Assembly (NCBI GenBank): GCA_964586485.1
Contig: CAZPII010000001.1
Location: forward strand, 2,334 to 66,333
Direction of reading: 5' to 3'
From: an uncultured Atribacterota bacterium
GTDB taxonomy: Bacteria > Atribacterota > Phoenicimicrobiia > Phoenicimicrobiales > Stramentimicrobiaceae
Length of the DNA: 64,000 nucleotides
The translations under genes were made by a program, and so were the position numbers. Below are positions 26,719-35,907 of the stretch, piece after piece (the stretch's first letter is position 1; every line of letters begins with the position of its first letter). Under the pieces are notes generated by a model, which made no database searches, was not told the origin of the DNA, and worked only from the letters and a program-made list of their open reading frames with translations.

Positions 26719-27021
26719 ATGGTAAAAAAATCTAACAGATATAAAGATTGTTATATAATCCGTCGCCATAAAGATGACGGTGGCTATATTCATTTATCAA
26801 CTTATAGAAAAAGAAAAATAATTAATAGGACAACTGATATTTATCATACAGTTGTTATTAATGATACGCTTGACAAACTTGCTTACATGTATTATCAAGA
26901 TGAAAAATTATGGTGGGTTATAGCTGAATATAATAACCTATCATTCCCATTTGAATTAGAAGTTGGAAAAACACTTATATTACCTGATTACAATACAGTA
27001 GTTAATAAAATTTTAGTGTAA
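26719..27021 (+). CDS. LysM-like tail protein (gpX/XkdP-like)
   Basis: YHTVVINDTLDKLAYMYYQDEKLWWVIAEYNNL...VGKTLILPD is a LysM pattern. Confidence 0.65.
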   Translation: MVKKSNRYKDCYIIRRHKDDGGYIHLSTYRKRKIINRTTDIYHTVVINDTLDKLAYMYYQDEKLWWVIAEYNNLSFPFELEVGKTLILPDYNTVVNKILV

Positions 27022-27022
27022 T

Positions 27023-29038
27023 ATGGCCAGTAATTATTTACCAATAACAACTACATTAAATGACACCGAAATCAGAGAACCTCAAGTTATTCTGACTTTA
27101 AAAAATGGCGATGAATTTCCGCCATTTTATAGGCAAAAACTTAAAAGATTTCAATATGAAAGAAAGGAAAATAAACCTGCCGAATGCATAATGACATTTT
27201 TGGATTTAAATTTTTATGATGAAATTGAATGGTATTTACATTTAGAGGAATCATATATAAATGCACAATGGGGTTATCCAACGGCATTGTCACCTAAAGT
27301 CTTATTATATGTAGCGCAAGCAGTTCCTACTTTTGGTGAAGATATAGAAATGATGATTAAATGCTATGACGAATCAGTAAATATGGATTCAATAAAAAAG
27401 AGAATTTGGCGTAGATCATTAACGGAAGTTTCGCAGGGTGGAAGAAATGAATTTTTTAGAATATCAGATATTGTTAGGCAAATAGCAAAAGAACATGGTC
27501 TCAAGCCAGAAATAGATGATACAATTCCAGTTCATACAATGGAGCAAGATATAAATGCTATTAATCAAGATTGTAGTGATCGTGATTTTATTAATAGTAA
27601 GCTTTTAAGAAAAAGCCAATCTGCTGCAACTGGCGGTAACAGGTATGTTTTTTGGGTTAAAAATAATATTTTATACTTCAGAGAATCCGGCAGAAGCGCG
27701 CCGCCCGTATGGGTGTTTGAATATAGAAAAAATTCTGACGGTATGATTAAACAATTTAGACCCAATCTTCAACAAAAGAAAGGCAAAAGAAAAGGCTCTA
27801 AAAGAAAAAAATCAATATTTGTTGATTTAGAAAAAGGAGAAGCTAGAGAATATGGTAATGCCGATGGGTCTGAAAATGATCCATTAAATCCCGAAAGCCC
27901 AGAATTTTTTGATAAAAAAAAGAACACTCAAAAAATACTTGAACTTGATAAAATTGGTGTTCTTGGTGCAAATGTTTTTGGCAATGTTATGACTGGAAAC
28001 CCTACGGGCGCAATTGGATCAGTTGTATTTAGTGACCTTACTTTTTCTACATTAAGAAAAACTGGTATTTTGAGCGGTGATCTTATTACTGGTGCAAAAG
28101 ATAAAATTGTTGATAAAACTTGGCATTCATTAAAAAAAATAAAGAAAATTCAGCATTCTGAAGATAAATCTCTTGTAGATTTAAGTGAAGATTTTGCAGA
28201 TATTGTAGCCGATAGCGGTGAAGTTGTAACATATAGTGATTTTATAATGAATGACGTTACAGAGAAAATAGAGTCAGATGTTGAAGCGAACGAGGCTAAA
28301 TTTAAAGAGTTAGATGCAACACTTGATATAATAGGTTTTCCTTGGATAGATTCTGATCAAAATTTAATAATAACTAATACCTGCACTATGACAAATGGCA
28401 CATATTATATAGAAACCTGTAAACATGTTATTGACGATACAGATGGATATATTTGTTCTTTAAATATAAAACGAGATGCTGAAGGCAAACAGTTGCCCAA
28501 AATGCCAAAAGGATATAGTGATTTTGAATATAATTTAATAGATAAATCATATCAAGGACCAGAAATTATTGAACCAGCAAAAAGAGAAGGATGGGGCAAG
28601 CCATTTGAAGGCTCTTATCCATTGACTTCATATTTTGGCTGGAGAGTTCATCCTATAAGTAAAACAGTTAAATTTCATGAAGGCGTTGATTTTGGTTGTC
28701 CTAATAATACTCCGTTAATTGCTGTTAAAGATGGAACCATAATACATTCTGGATGGATATCGGGATATGGCTATACTGTTATAATTGATCATGGTGGCGG
28801 CTATCAGTCATTATATGCCCATATGTCAGATGTTACAAATGATGGTATTAAAGTTTCTGCCGGCTCAAGAGTGGTGAAGGGCCAAGTCGTAGGATTGTCC
28901 GATAACTCAGGTGGTTCAACGGGGCCTCATTTGCATTTTGCGATTAAAAAGACAAATGAAAGCCAGACTTATAGGAGAGGTGATCAAACTAAAACAACAA
29001 ATTATGTTAATCCATTAAATTACATACCAGCGAGTTAG
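27023..29038 (+). CDS. baseplate hub (gpD/XkdQ-like) with C-terminal M23 peptidase
   Basis: Position after the LysM gene. The C-terminus has FHEGVDFG (HxxxD) and GPHLHFAI (HxH), the LytM/M23 zinc motifs. Confidence 0.75.
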   Translation: MASNYLPITTTLNDTEIREPQVILTLKNGDEFPPFYRQKLKRFQYERKENKPAECIMTFLDLNFYDEIEWYLHLEESYINAQWGYPTALSPKVLLYVAQAVPTFGEDIEMMIKCYDESVNMDSIKKRIWRRSLTEVSQGGRNEFFRISDIVRQIAKEHGLKPEIDDTIPVHTMEQDINAINQDCSDRDFINSKLLRKSQSAATGGNRYVFWVKNNILYFRESGRSAPPVWVFEYRKNSDGMIKQFRPNLQQKKGKRKGSKRKKSIFVDLEKGEAREYGNADGSENDPLNPESPEFFDKKKNTQKILELDKIGVLGANVFGNVMTGNPTGAIGSVVFSDLTFSTLRKTGILSGDLITGAKDKIVDKTWHSLKKIKKIQHSEDKSLVDLSEDFADIVADSGEVVTYSDFIMNDVTEKIESDVEANEAKFKELDATLDIIGFPWIDSDQNLIITNTCTMTNGTYYIETCKHVIDDTDGYICSLNIKRDAEGKQLPKMPKGYSDFEYNLIDKSYQGPEIIEPAKREGWGKPFEGSYPLTSYFGWRVHPISKTVKFHEGVDFGCPNNTPLIAVKDGTIIHSGWISGYGYTVIIDHGGGYQSLYAHMSDVTNDGIKVSAGSRVVKGQVVGLSDNSGGSTGPHLHFAIKKTNESQTYRRGDQTKTTNYVNPLNYIPAS

Positions 29039-29040
29039 TT

Positions 29041-30417
29041 ATGACAAGATTTAGTGATTTATTACAAACATATACAATAGAAAAACATTCTGATAAAGAA
29101 TATAGAAAATTCTTTGCTTTTATTCATTCCGCCAATGACCCGACAAGGCGAGGCAGGGTTAGATTGCATATACCAGAATTATTCGGCACTAAAGAATCCG
29201 ATTATACTGATTGGGTTCCAGTGCGAGCGTTCTCAGGTGGTTTAGATTGCGGCTCTATGGTCACGCCTGAGAAAAATGACAAAGGTATTGCGATTGTTTC
29301 ATTTATACATGGAAACAATCAATATCCAATTGTTGAGGGTTTTATAATTAATGGTGATCTTCATGACCCCAACGGCCCTGAGGAGTCAAAAGAATTATGC
29401 GATGGTCAAGGGTGCATTGATTGTGTTGAAAAAGATTTATTACCTATAGATTTAAAGGAGCACAAAAAATATCATAATCATACTAATGAGTTTTATTGTC
29501 CTAAAATTAAAACTTTGTATAAAAGTCCAAAGGGCGCGGCTTTAATATTAGGTGATCGTGGCGAAAAAGAATTTCTAAGATTTATTGATCAAACAGGTCA
29601 AGTTTTAGAATTTAGTTGTCCTGTAAAAAAAGAAAAAACAAGGAAAAGAGGGCTTAATAATGCACTGAACGGTGATCAATTTGATACAGAAGAAGATATT
29701 ATAGATGATGGTGCATATATTAAATTAATGGATCTTGCTAACCAAATGATGCATTTTCAGTCTAAATTTGGTGAAGAATTAATATGTTTTTTAAATAGAA
29801 ATAAAGAAGGTGATAGTTCCCATAAAGTCTTAATGACAGTTAAAGAAAATGAAGAAGAATATTCTATTACACAAGATATAAAGGGTAGGATTCAATCATT
29901 AGTTTTTGATGGAAGAAAGAATTTAGAATCTATAAAATTAACAGGTAAATGTGGAAATTACTTATTAATTTCATCTAAGCCGGGTTTAGAAGTTAATACA
30001 TTTTATTCTAAAAGAGACACAGAGATAATGAGCGATAGAAAACATTTTTTTATAAGCTCTGATGATACATTAATTGAATCTGGTACGAAAATTGATATAA
30101 TTGCGCCAAGTATTAATTTGCAAGGCAATGTGTTTTTATCAGGTTATGGCGGGGTTGGTGGTAATTTTACTTGGTCGTATAATTGGCGTAAAGAAACAGC
30201 TCAAAGCTATATTGAATCTGTTAGCAATGGTAGTTATGAACTCCGCTCAGGATCAACTTTTGATATAGTGTCTGGAACAAATTTAAGTATAGATGCTGGC
30301 GCTAATTATAATATTTCTTGCGGGGATAAATTTGAAGTCTCATCACCTATAATTAATTTAAATGGTCAAGTTTATGTTAACGGGCATCAATTGATTTATG
30401 GACATAATTCTTGGTAA
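29041..30417 (+). CDS. baseplate spike (gpV / Mu gp45 / gp5 OB-fold type)
   Basis: GRVRLHIPELFG...DWVPVRAFSGG...VSFIHGNNQYPIVEG is the gpV pattern. The C-terminal region is repetitive and beta-rich. Confidence 0.7.
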   Translation: MTRFSDLLQTYTIEKHSDKEYRKFFAFIHSANDPTRRGRVRLHIPELFGTKESDYTDWVPVRAFSGGLDCGSMVTPEKNDKGIAIVSFIHGNNQYPIVEGFIINGDLHDPNGPEESKELCDGQGCIDCVEKDLLPIDLKEHKKYHNHTNEFYCPKIKTLYKSPKGAALILGDRGEKEFLRFIDQTGQVLEFSCPVKKEKTRKRGLNNALNGDQFDTEEDIIDDGAYIKLMDLANQMMHFQSKFGEELICFLNRNKEGDSSHKVLMTVKENEEEYSITQDIKGRIQSLVFDGRKNLESIKLTGKCGNYLLISSKPGLEVNTFYSKRDTEIMSDRKHFFISSDDTLIESGTKIDIIAPSINLQGNVFLSGYGGVGGNFTWSYNWRKETAQSYIESVSNGSYELRSGSTFDIVSGTNLSIDAGANYNISCGDKFEVSSPIINLNGQVYVNGHQLIYGHNSW

Positions 30418-30452
30418 ATAGTAATATATTATAATTATCAGAAAGGACTAAA

Positions 30453-30929
30453 ATGGGGTCAAATATTGTACCATTTGAAATAATTAAAGATCGCCCGATT
30501 GAAATATTAGGTAAGGGTTTAAAATATCCTTTTGAAATTGAGCCATATGATGAGAATTATAATGGAGTCCAGACTTCATCTGATTATTATAAAATTCAGC
30601 AAAGTATAGCTAGTATTTTAGGAACGCCTATAGGATCGAGATTTTTTAATAGAGAGTTTGGATCAAAATTATATTTGTTGAAATTTGAGCCTAATGATGA
30701 AATATTTGCTTCAACCGCTACATTTTTTATTGCTGAATCTCTTTATAAATGGGAAAAAAGAATAACTTTAAATAATGTTGCTTATGATATGTCACCCTAT
30801 ATGATAGATAATTATTATGTATTTATTAGCACTTATTTTACAATAATAAGAACTCAAGTTAGTGGAAATTATGTTTTTCCTTTTTACAGAGGTGTTCCGC
30901 CAGTTCATCCAGATCAAGGAGGTTTCTAA
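30453..30929 (+). CDS. baseplate wedge protein (GPW/gp25 family)
   Basis: IQQSIASILGTPIGSRFFNREFGSKLYLLKFEPND is the gp25-like signature. Confidence 0.8.
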   Translation: MGSNIVPFEIIKDRPIEILGKGLKYPFEIEPYDENYNGVQTSSDYYKIQQSIASILGTPIGSRFFNREFGSKLYLLKFEPNDEIFASTATFFIAESLYKWEKRITLNNVAYDMSPYMIDNYYVFISTYFTIIRTQVSGNYVFPFYRGVPPVHPDQGGF

Positions 30930-32390
30930 ATGGAATATTTAAGTAGAATTCGGTATACCTCAAGGGATTTTGATACAATCAGGGCTAGTTGTATTGGGTC
31001 TATTCAGAATTTTGTTCCTGAATATACTGACCATAATGAATCAGATTTAGGCATAGTTCTTATTGACCATTTTTCTGGTATTGAAGATCAAGTTAATTTT
31101 TATATTGATAAAGAGGTTAATGAATGTTTTATTGATACGGCACAAGAATTTGAAAATGTTGTTAATTTATTAAAACTTATTGCCTATACAGTTACCAATT
31201 ATGTTCCAGCTTCAACAAATATAACTTTTCAATTAGAAAGCGCAATATCAAATGATATTATTATACCAGCGGGTTCACGGGTGCAATGTAATGACGTTAA
31301 TAGTGCTTATATTTTTAATATTATTAATGATATATCTATACCGGCGGGTCAATTAGGTGGAACAGGCGCGGCTTTCGAAGGAACATTTTTTGCCGAAACA
31401 CTTGGCACATCTGATGGATCAACTCCTTATCAAGAATTTGAATTAACCAACTTAGATTGGCTTGATGATCATTTAGTTATTTATGAAGAGGATACTGAAG
31501 GAATCAAGACATATTATGATAGGGTTAATATATTTGAATTTTCTGATTATAATGAATCGGTTTATAAAGTTGAAATAAGTGAATTTAAAACTAAAATAAT
31601 TTTTGGAAACACAGTTCATGGTAAGATTCCTGAACTTGGATCTGAAATAAAAGCTGAATATTACAGGGGTCATGGTAGGTTAGGGAATGTTTCGGCAAAT
31701 ACTATTAAAACTATTCTTGATCCTATTCATGATGCTCTAGGCAATGAAGTTGATATAACAGTTAATAATTCAAAAGCCGCTACTGGCGGTAAGGGTAGGG
31801 AGACAATAAATGAAGCCAGAGTAAACGGCCCTGCTTCACTAAAAACAATGTATAGAGCGGTTACGCTGGAGGATTATAATACCTTTGCTAAATCTTTTAG
31901 AGATACTAATTATGGATCTATTTCAAAAGCTTCTGCTGTTTTAAATACTGAATATTATACTTCAATTGATATTTATGTTTTATGCGAAGATCAGTTTGGT
32001 TATGCGCAATTAGCAAGCGATCCTTTAAAAGACGCTTTGTTGGATTATATAGATAATGTAAGAATAGCTACAACTGAAATAAATATTAAAGATGCTATCC
32101 TTAAACCAATTGATATAGATGCTACAGTTTATGTTATGCCTAATTATAATATAGAAGATGTTGAGGCAAAAGCGCTATCGCTTTTAGATAGTTTATTTTT
32201 GGTTCAAAATGCTGATTTCGGCGCTAATAATGAAGTCGTTGCATTATCAGATTTATATTCATTACTTAATTCTTCTGCCGATGGTGTAGCGTATGTTCTA
32301 ATATCAAATCCTAATAGTAATATTCCAGTTGGAAAACATGAGTTTCCTGTCAAAGGAACATTTAATATAAACTTTGCTGAGGTTGAATAA
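30930..32390 (+). CDS. baseplate J-like protein
   Basis: RDFDTIRASCIGSIQNFVPEYTDHNESDLGIVLIDHFSGIEDQVNFYIDKEVNECFIDTA is the gpJ N-terminal pattern. Confidence 0.8.
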   Translation: MEYLSRIRYTSRDFDTIRASCIGSIQNFVPEYTDHNESDLGIVLIDHFSGIEDQVNFYIDKEVNECFIDTAQEFENVVNLLKLIAYTVTNYVPASTNITFQLESAISNDIIIPAGSRVQCNDVNSAYIFNIINDISIPAGQLGGTGAAFEGTFFAETLGTSDGSTPYQEFELTNLDWLDDHLVIYEEDTEGIKTYYDRVNIFEFSDYNESVYKVEISEFKTKIIFGNTVHGKIPELGSEIKAEYYRGHGRLGNVSANTIKTILDPIHDALGNEVDITVNNSKAATGGKGRETINEARVNGPASLKTMYRAVTLEDYNTFAKSFRDTNYGSISKASAVLNTEYYTSIDIYVLCEDQFGYAQLASDPLKDALLDYIDNVRIATTEINIKDAILKPIDIDATVYVMPNYNIEDVEAKALSLLDSLFLVQNADFGANNEVVALSDLYSLLNSSADGVAYVLISNPNSNIPVGKHEFPVKGTFNINFAEVE

Positions 32391-35332
32391 TGACTTTTGA
32401 ATTTAACTGTGAGCCCTATTGGCTTCCCGGTAAATTAATGGATCTTTTACCTGATATATATCGGGATAATGATATATTAAATCCTCAATATTTGTTAGAT
32501 GTTGGATATGGTAAAGAAGGTCAATTTGAAAGATATCTTCATGTTTTTGAGCAAGAATTAGATAGAACAAAATGTTTAGTCGACCATATGACAAAATTGG
32601 TTGATATAGATTCTTGTCCTTGTTATATAATTCCTTATTTGGCGAGATTAGTTGGCTTAGAACCTAATTATGATTTAAGTTGCGATGATCAAAGAAGAGA
32701 AGTCAAAAGTATTGTTGAGGTTTATAAAAGAAAAGGCACAATACCCGGAATAATTGATTTGTGTAGAACTTTTACTGATTTTAAGGTTCAAGTTGTTGAG
32801 TTTTATAAGAATTTATTCATTTACAATAAATTAGATAGAACGTATTTAGGGCCGTATAACGATGACCATTTGGGTGAAGTTCTTCTGGATACAAGTCATC
32901 GATATTACTCGCCAAGAGATGATTTTTATCAAAGAAGTGCGCTTGGCCTTGTATTAACGGCAAACCATTGTGATGATAGTTTAATTAATACAAGATTAAA
33001 AAAATTAAAAAGAGTTTTAAACTTGTATATACCAGAAGCTTCTGTTGCCTTTATTATAGTTCAATGGAAATGCAAAATGACACTTGATTTTGTTTCTGGA
33101 GCAGAAGTTAGAACAAATATGATAATGAAATTTCTCAATCAGACTGGACCTTATTGGGCTAGACATTGGCTTGAATATAATAAATTATGGAAAAAATATA
33201 ATGATCCAAAATATTTTTATGCCGGTCCCGGCCCTTATATTAATAGGTTTGAAGAACTGGTTATTTTAGCAGAGACAATTTATGAAACAGTTGCGCCAAC
33301 ACTTCCTCCAACTGTTACAAATAGTGAGTTTAGTGGGTTTGCCAATTTTAATCCTTTTATTATGCAATACCATTATTTTGATAGTATTGCATATGGCAAA
33401 GTTGATGAATATGACCCCGTAACTAAGCAATGGAATAATATGCGCACCCATGATCAACCAACTCAGGGTTTGTTTAATGTCGATAGTGCTTTGTTTTCTC
33501 TAACTGATTATTGGGATGGTTTTTATACTGATGTATCGGCTCGTTATACTGAGATTGACGGTTGGCAATTAATTGGTGGAGATTCGCCGGGAAGTTATGG
33601 GGGAAATACTTTAATTTTTAAAGATGGTTCAACTTGGTATCTAACAGCATATAGGTATGGTGGTATTTTATATTCTGCCCCTAATTGGAATGGCCCTTGG
33701 CTTCAAATAAGCGGCTTAACATCATCTGGCAATCCGTTGATTCCACCTGTTTTTATTGAATCGGAAAGAAAAATTATATCAGTTGATTTAAATGATAAAA
33801 TTTATACTTATCACCTTGATACTGGTTATCAAGAAATGGCAAATCCATTTTCTAATTCGGGTTATTATAAAAAGTGTAAAGTTATAGATGGTAGAATTTT
33901 ATTTTTAGGCGGAAATCCCGGCGACGCCGCTGTGATTCATGAGTTTGATTCTACTAATTTAAATATAAATGAAGATCACAGTTATAAAATTCCTAATCCA
34001 TATGATGATTTGGTTTTAGTTGATATAGAAAAGAAAGATGATCAGTTTATTATTATAGGCTATACCGAGGGATGGGAAAGATGGGCTAATATTATATTTA
34101 GTTGTGATCTTGATTTTACTAATTGGCAAATGCTTCATTTAATTCCTTTAAATTATGAACAAAGATATTCGCGTGTTTCCGGTATAACAACTGATTCAAT
34201 AGATAATAAAGTTGTAGTCGGATACGATAACCCAATTCAAGCAACAAGATATGAATCCTTTGCCTCATTAGAGCTACCAGATGTTCAAAGTATTAATTTA
34301 GAAAACTCACTTCAATTTGATTCTGTATCTTTAAATGCAGAAATTCAGTCATTTATAACATTTAATTCTGACCAATATTTGGTTTATAACTACGAAGATA
34401 CAGTTGATAAGGCTAAAGTTGTTAAGCGGGTCGCGACTGATTCTTGGTCTTCAGTGTTAGAAAAAGATACCAAATTTTATGACCTTAATATTGTGAACTC
34501 TGAATTATATTTAGGTTCAAGATATTATCATAAAACCGATACCGAGAATTGGTTAGATGGGCCATATAAGTTTAATGGTTCTAGTTGGGTTGAGATCGAT
34601 GCACAACATTATACAGAAGATTATGGGGGCTCAGAGAATCCTCATTATGGGCATGTTAATTTCTTTTCTGAAACTAATGGTTCGTATTGGTCTTTTGCTA
34701 TGGAAGGTCATGCTTCGTTTGATGAAAGTGTTTTATACAGTGGAAGCACTCCTGATAATTATAATGTTTATCCTAATTATTCTTGGCAATCAATAGATTA
34801 TTATAGATTTAGAAATCCTTTATTATTCGATAATAAGGTTTATTTTTTAACAGGCGAAGTTGATGAGAAATTAAGAAAAATATTAGAGTTTGATGGTGTT
34901 GATATAACTGAGCATGATTTTAATGCGTATAATAGTAATTTTATAAGTCTTAGAAATATTGGCGGAAGATTAATAGCATTTGGCGATAAACACAATATTG
35001 AAGATTATAGGGTTTTGGTTTTGGATGTTACAGATCCCACTAATCCAATAGATTATTCACATTATATTTCGTATCAATTTGCTAATAAATTGATTTTAAC
35101 CGATGGAGTTCAAGTTGGAAGCGATATTTTTATTATTGGTTATGATAATGATACTAAGGAAAATGTTATCCTAATAACCAAAGATAAAATTAAATATACT
35201 GAATTATACAGGGAAGCTCAACAAATAATAAATTCTCAGTATAGGTTTATTATCTTTGACGGAACTGATATACTTATTGGTGTTGGAAAATATAGTGGCG
35301 TTATGATAAAAAGGTTTTCTTTAACTTATTAG
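32390..35332 (+). CDS. gpI-like baseplate protein fused to a ~600-aa repetitive beta-rich (propeller-like) extension
   Basis: N-terminus LMDLLPDIYRDND...DSCPCYIIPYLARLVGLE is the P2 gpI pattern. The C-terminal part has repeated motifs: DGRILFLGG, DDQFIIIGY, DNKVVVGYD, NSELYLGSR, DNKVYFLTG, GGRLIAFGD, GSDIFIIGY. Confidence 0.6.
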   Translation: MTFEFNCEPYWLPGKLMDLLPDIYRDNDILNPQYLLDVGYGKEGQFERYLHVFEQELDRTKCLVDHMTKLVDIDSCPCYIIPYLARLVGLEPNYDLSCDDQRREVKSIVEVYKRKGTIPGIIDLCRTFTDFKVQVVEFYKNLFIYNKLDRTYLGPYNDDHLGEVLLDTSHRYYSPRDDFYQRSALGLVLTANHCDDSLINTRLKKLKRVLNLYIPEASVAFIIVQWKCKMTLDFVSGAEVRTNMIMKFLNQTGPYWARHWLEYNKLWKKYNDPKYFYAGPGPYINRFEELVILAETIYETVAPTLPPTVTNSEFSGFANFNPFIMQYHYFDSIAYGKVDEYDPVTKQWNNMRTHDQPTQGLFNVDSALFSLTDYWDGFYTDVSARYTEIDGWQLIGGDSPGSYGGNTLIFKDGSTWYLTAYRYGGILYSAPNWNGPWLQISGLTSSGNPLIPPVFIESERKIISVDLNDKIYTYHLDTGYQEMANPFSNSGYYKKCKVIDGRILFLGGNPGDAAVIHEFDSTNLNINEDHSYKIPNPYDDLVLVDIEKKDDQFIIIGYTEGWERWANIIFSCDLDFTNWQMLHLIPLNYEQRYSRVSGITTDSIDNKVVVGYDNPIQATRYESFASLELPDVQSINLENSLQFDSVSLNAEIQSFITFNSDQYLVYNYEDTVDKAKVVKRVATDSWSSVLEKDTKFYDLNIVNSELYLGSRYYHKTDTENWLDGPYKFNGSSWVEIDAQHYTEDYGGSENPHYGHVNFFSETNGSYWSFAMEGHASFDESVLYSGSTPDNYNVYPNYSWQSIDYYRFRNPLLFDNKVYFLTGEVDEKLRKILEFDGVDITEHDFNAYNSNFISLRNIGGRLIAFGDKHNIEDYRVLVLDVTDPTNPIDYSHYISYQFANKLILTDGVQVGSDIFIIGYDNDTKENVILITKDKIKYTELYREAQQIINSQYRFIIFDGTDILIGVGKYSGVMIKRFSLTY

Positions 35333-35341
35333 GAGAATTTT

Positions 35342-35896
35342 ATGACTAACCAAATCTGTTTAAACCTTCAAAAAAGAATTATAGGACGATATAAAGATGT
35401 CATTATTTATAAAAATGGCAGGGTAGAAGTAATAGATTTTAAAGATAATCTTGTTGTAAATGTTGTCGGTGAATTTGCGGCTGGTTTATTTATAGGTGAT
35501 CCTGACGTTCAAGCTAATTTAGGTAATATACATTTTGCCATTGGGCGTGGTGATCCTAATTGGGATACATTACCAGATAAAGGAAAATCAAATGAACTTC
35601 CAACTGTTACTCAATTATATGATGAAATAACAAGAGTAAGTAAAGATTCCGTTGCCTATATTGATACTTGGGATGGGTCGGTTTTAGATCCGGGTCAAAA
35701 ATCTAATTTTATAAGAATAATTTTCTTACTTGATGATACTATTGCTATAGATGAATATATAAGAGAGTTTGGTTTGTTCTTTTTTGGCACGAGCGCTGCT
35801 GATAGCGGGTTTATGTTTGATTATGTTATTCATGCTTCATATCAAAAAACCAGCGACATTAAACAAATAATTAGAACTTTTGAAATAATGTTTTAA
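35342..35896 (+). CDS. hypothetical baseplate/fibre-associated protein (184 aa)
   Basis: AGGAG RBS. Assignment is by position only. Confidence 0.35.
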   Translation: MTNQICLNLQKRIIGRYKDVIIYKNGRVEVIDFKDNLVVNVVGEFAAGLFIGDPDVQANLGNIHFAIGRGDPNWDTLPDKGKSNELPTVTQLYDEITRVSKDSVAYIDTWDGSVLDPGQKSNFIRIIFLLDDTIAIDEYIREFGLFFFGTSAADSGFMFDYVIHASYQKTSDIKQIIRTFEIMF

Positions 35897-35907
35897 AGGA
35901 GAATATT

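Noticed and set aside
19221-35332. Tailocin or extracellular contractile injection system rather than a phage
   Set aside because: The protease, scaffold, major capsid and connector genes immediately upstream, and the replication genes downstream, argue for a complete virus.
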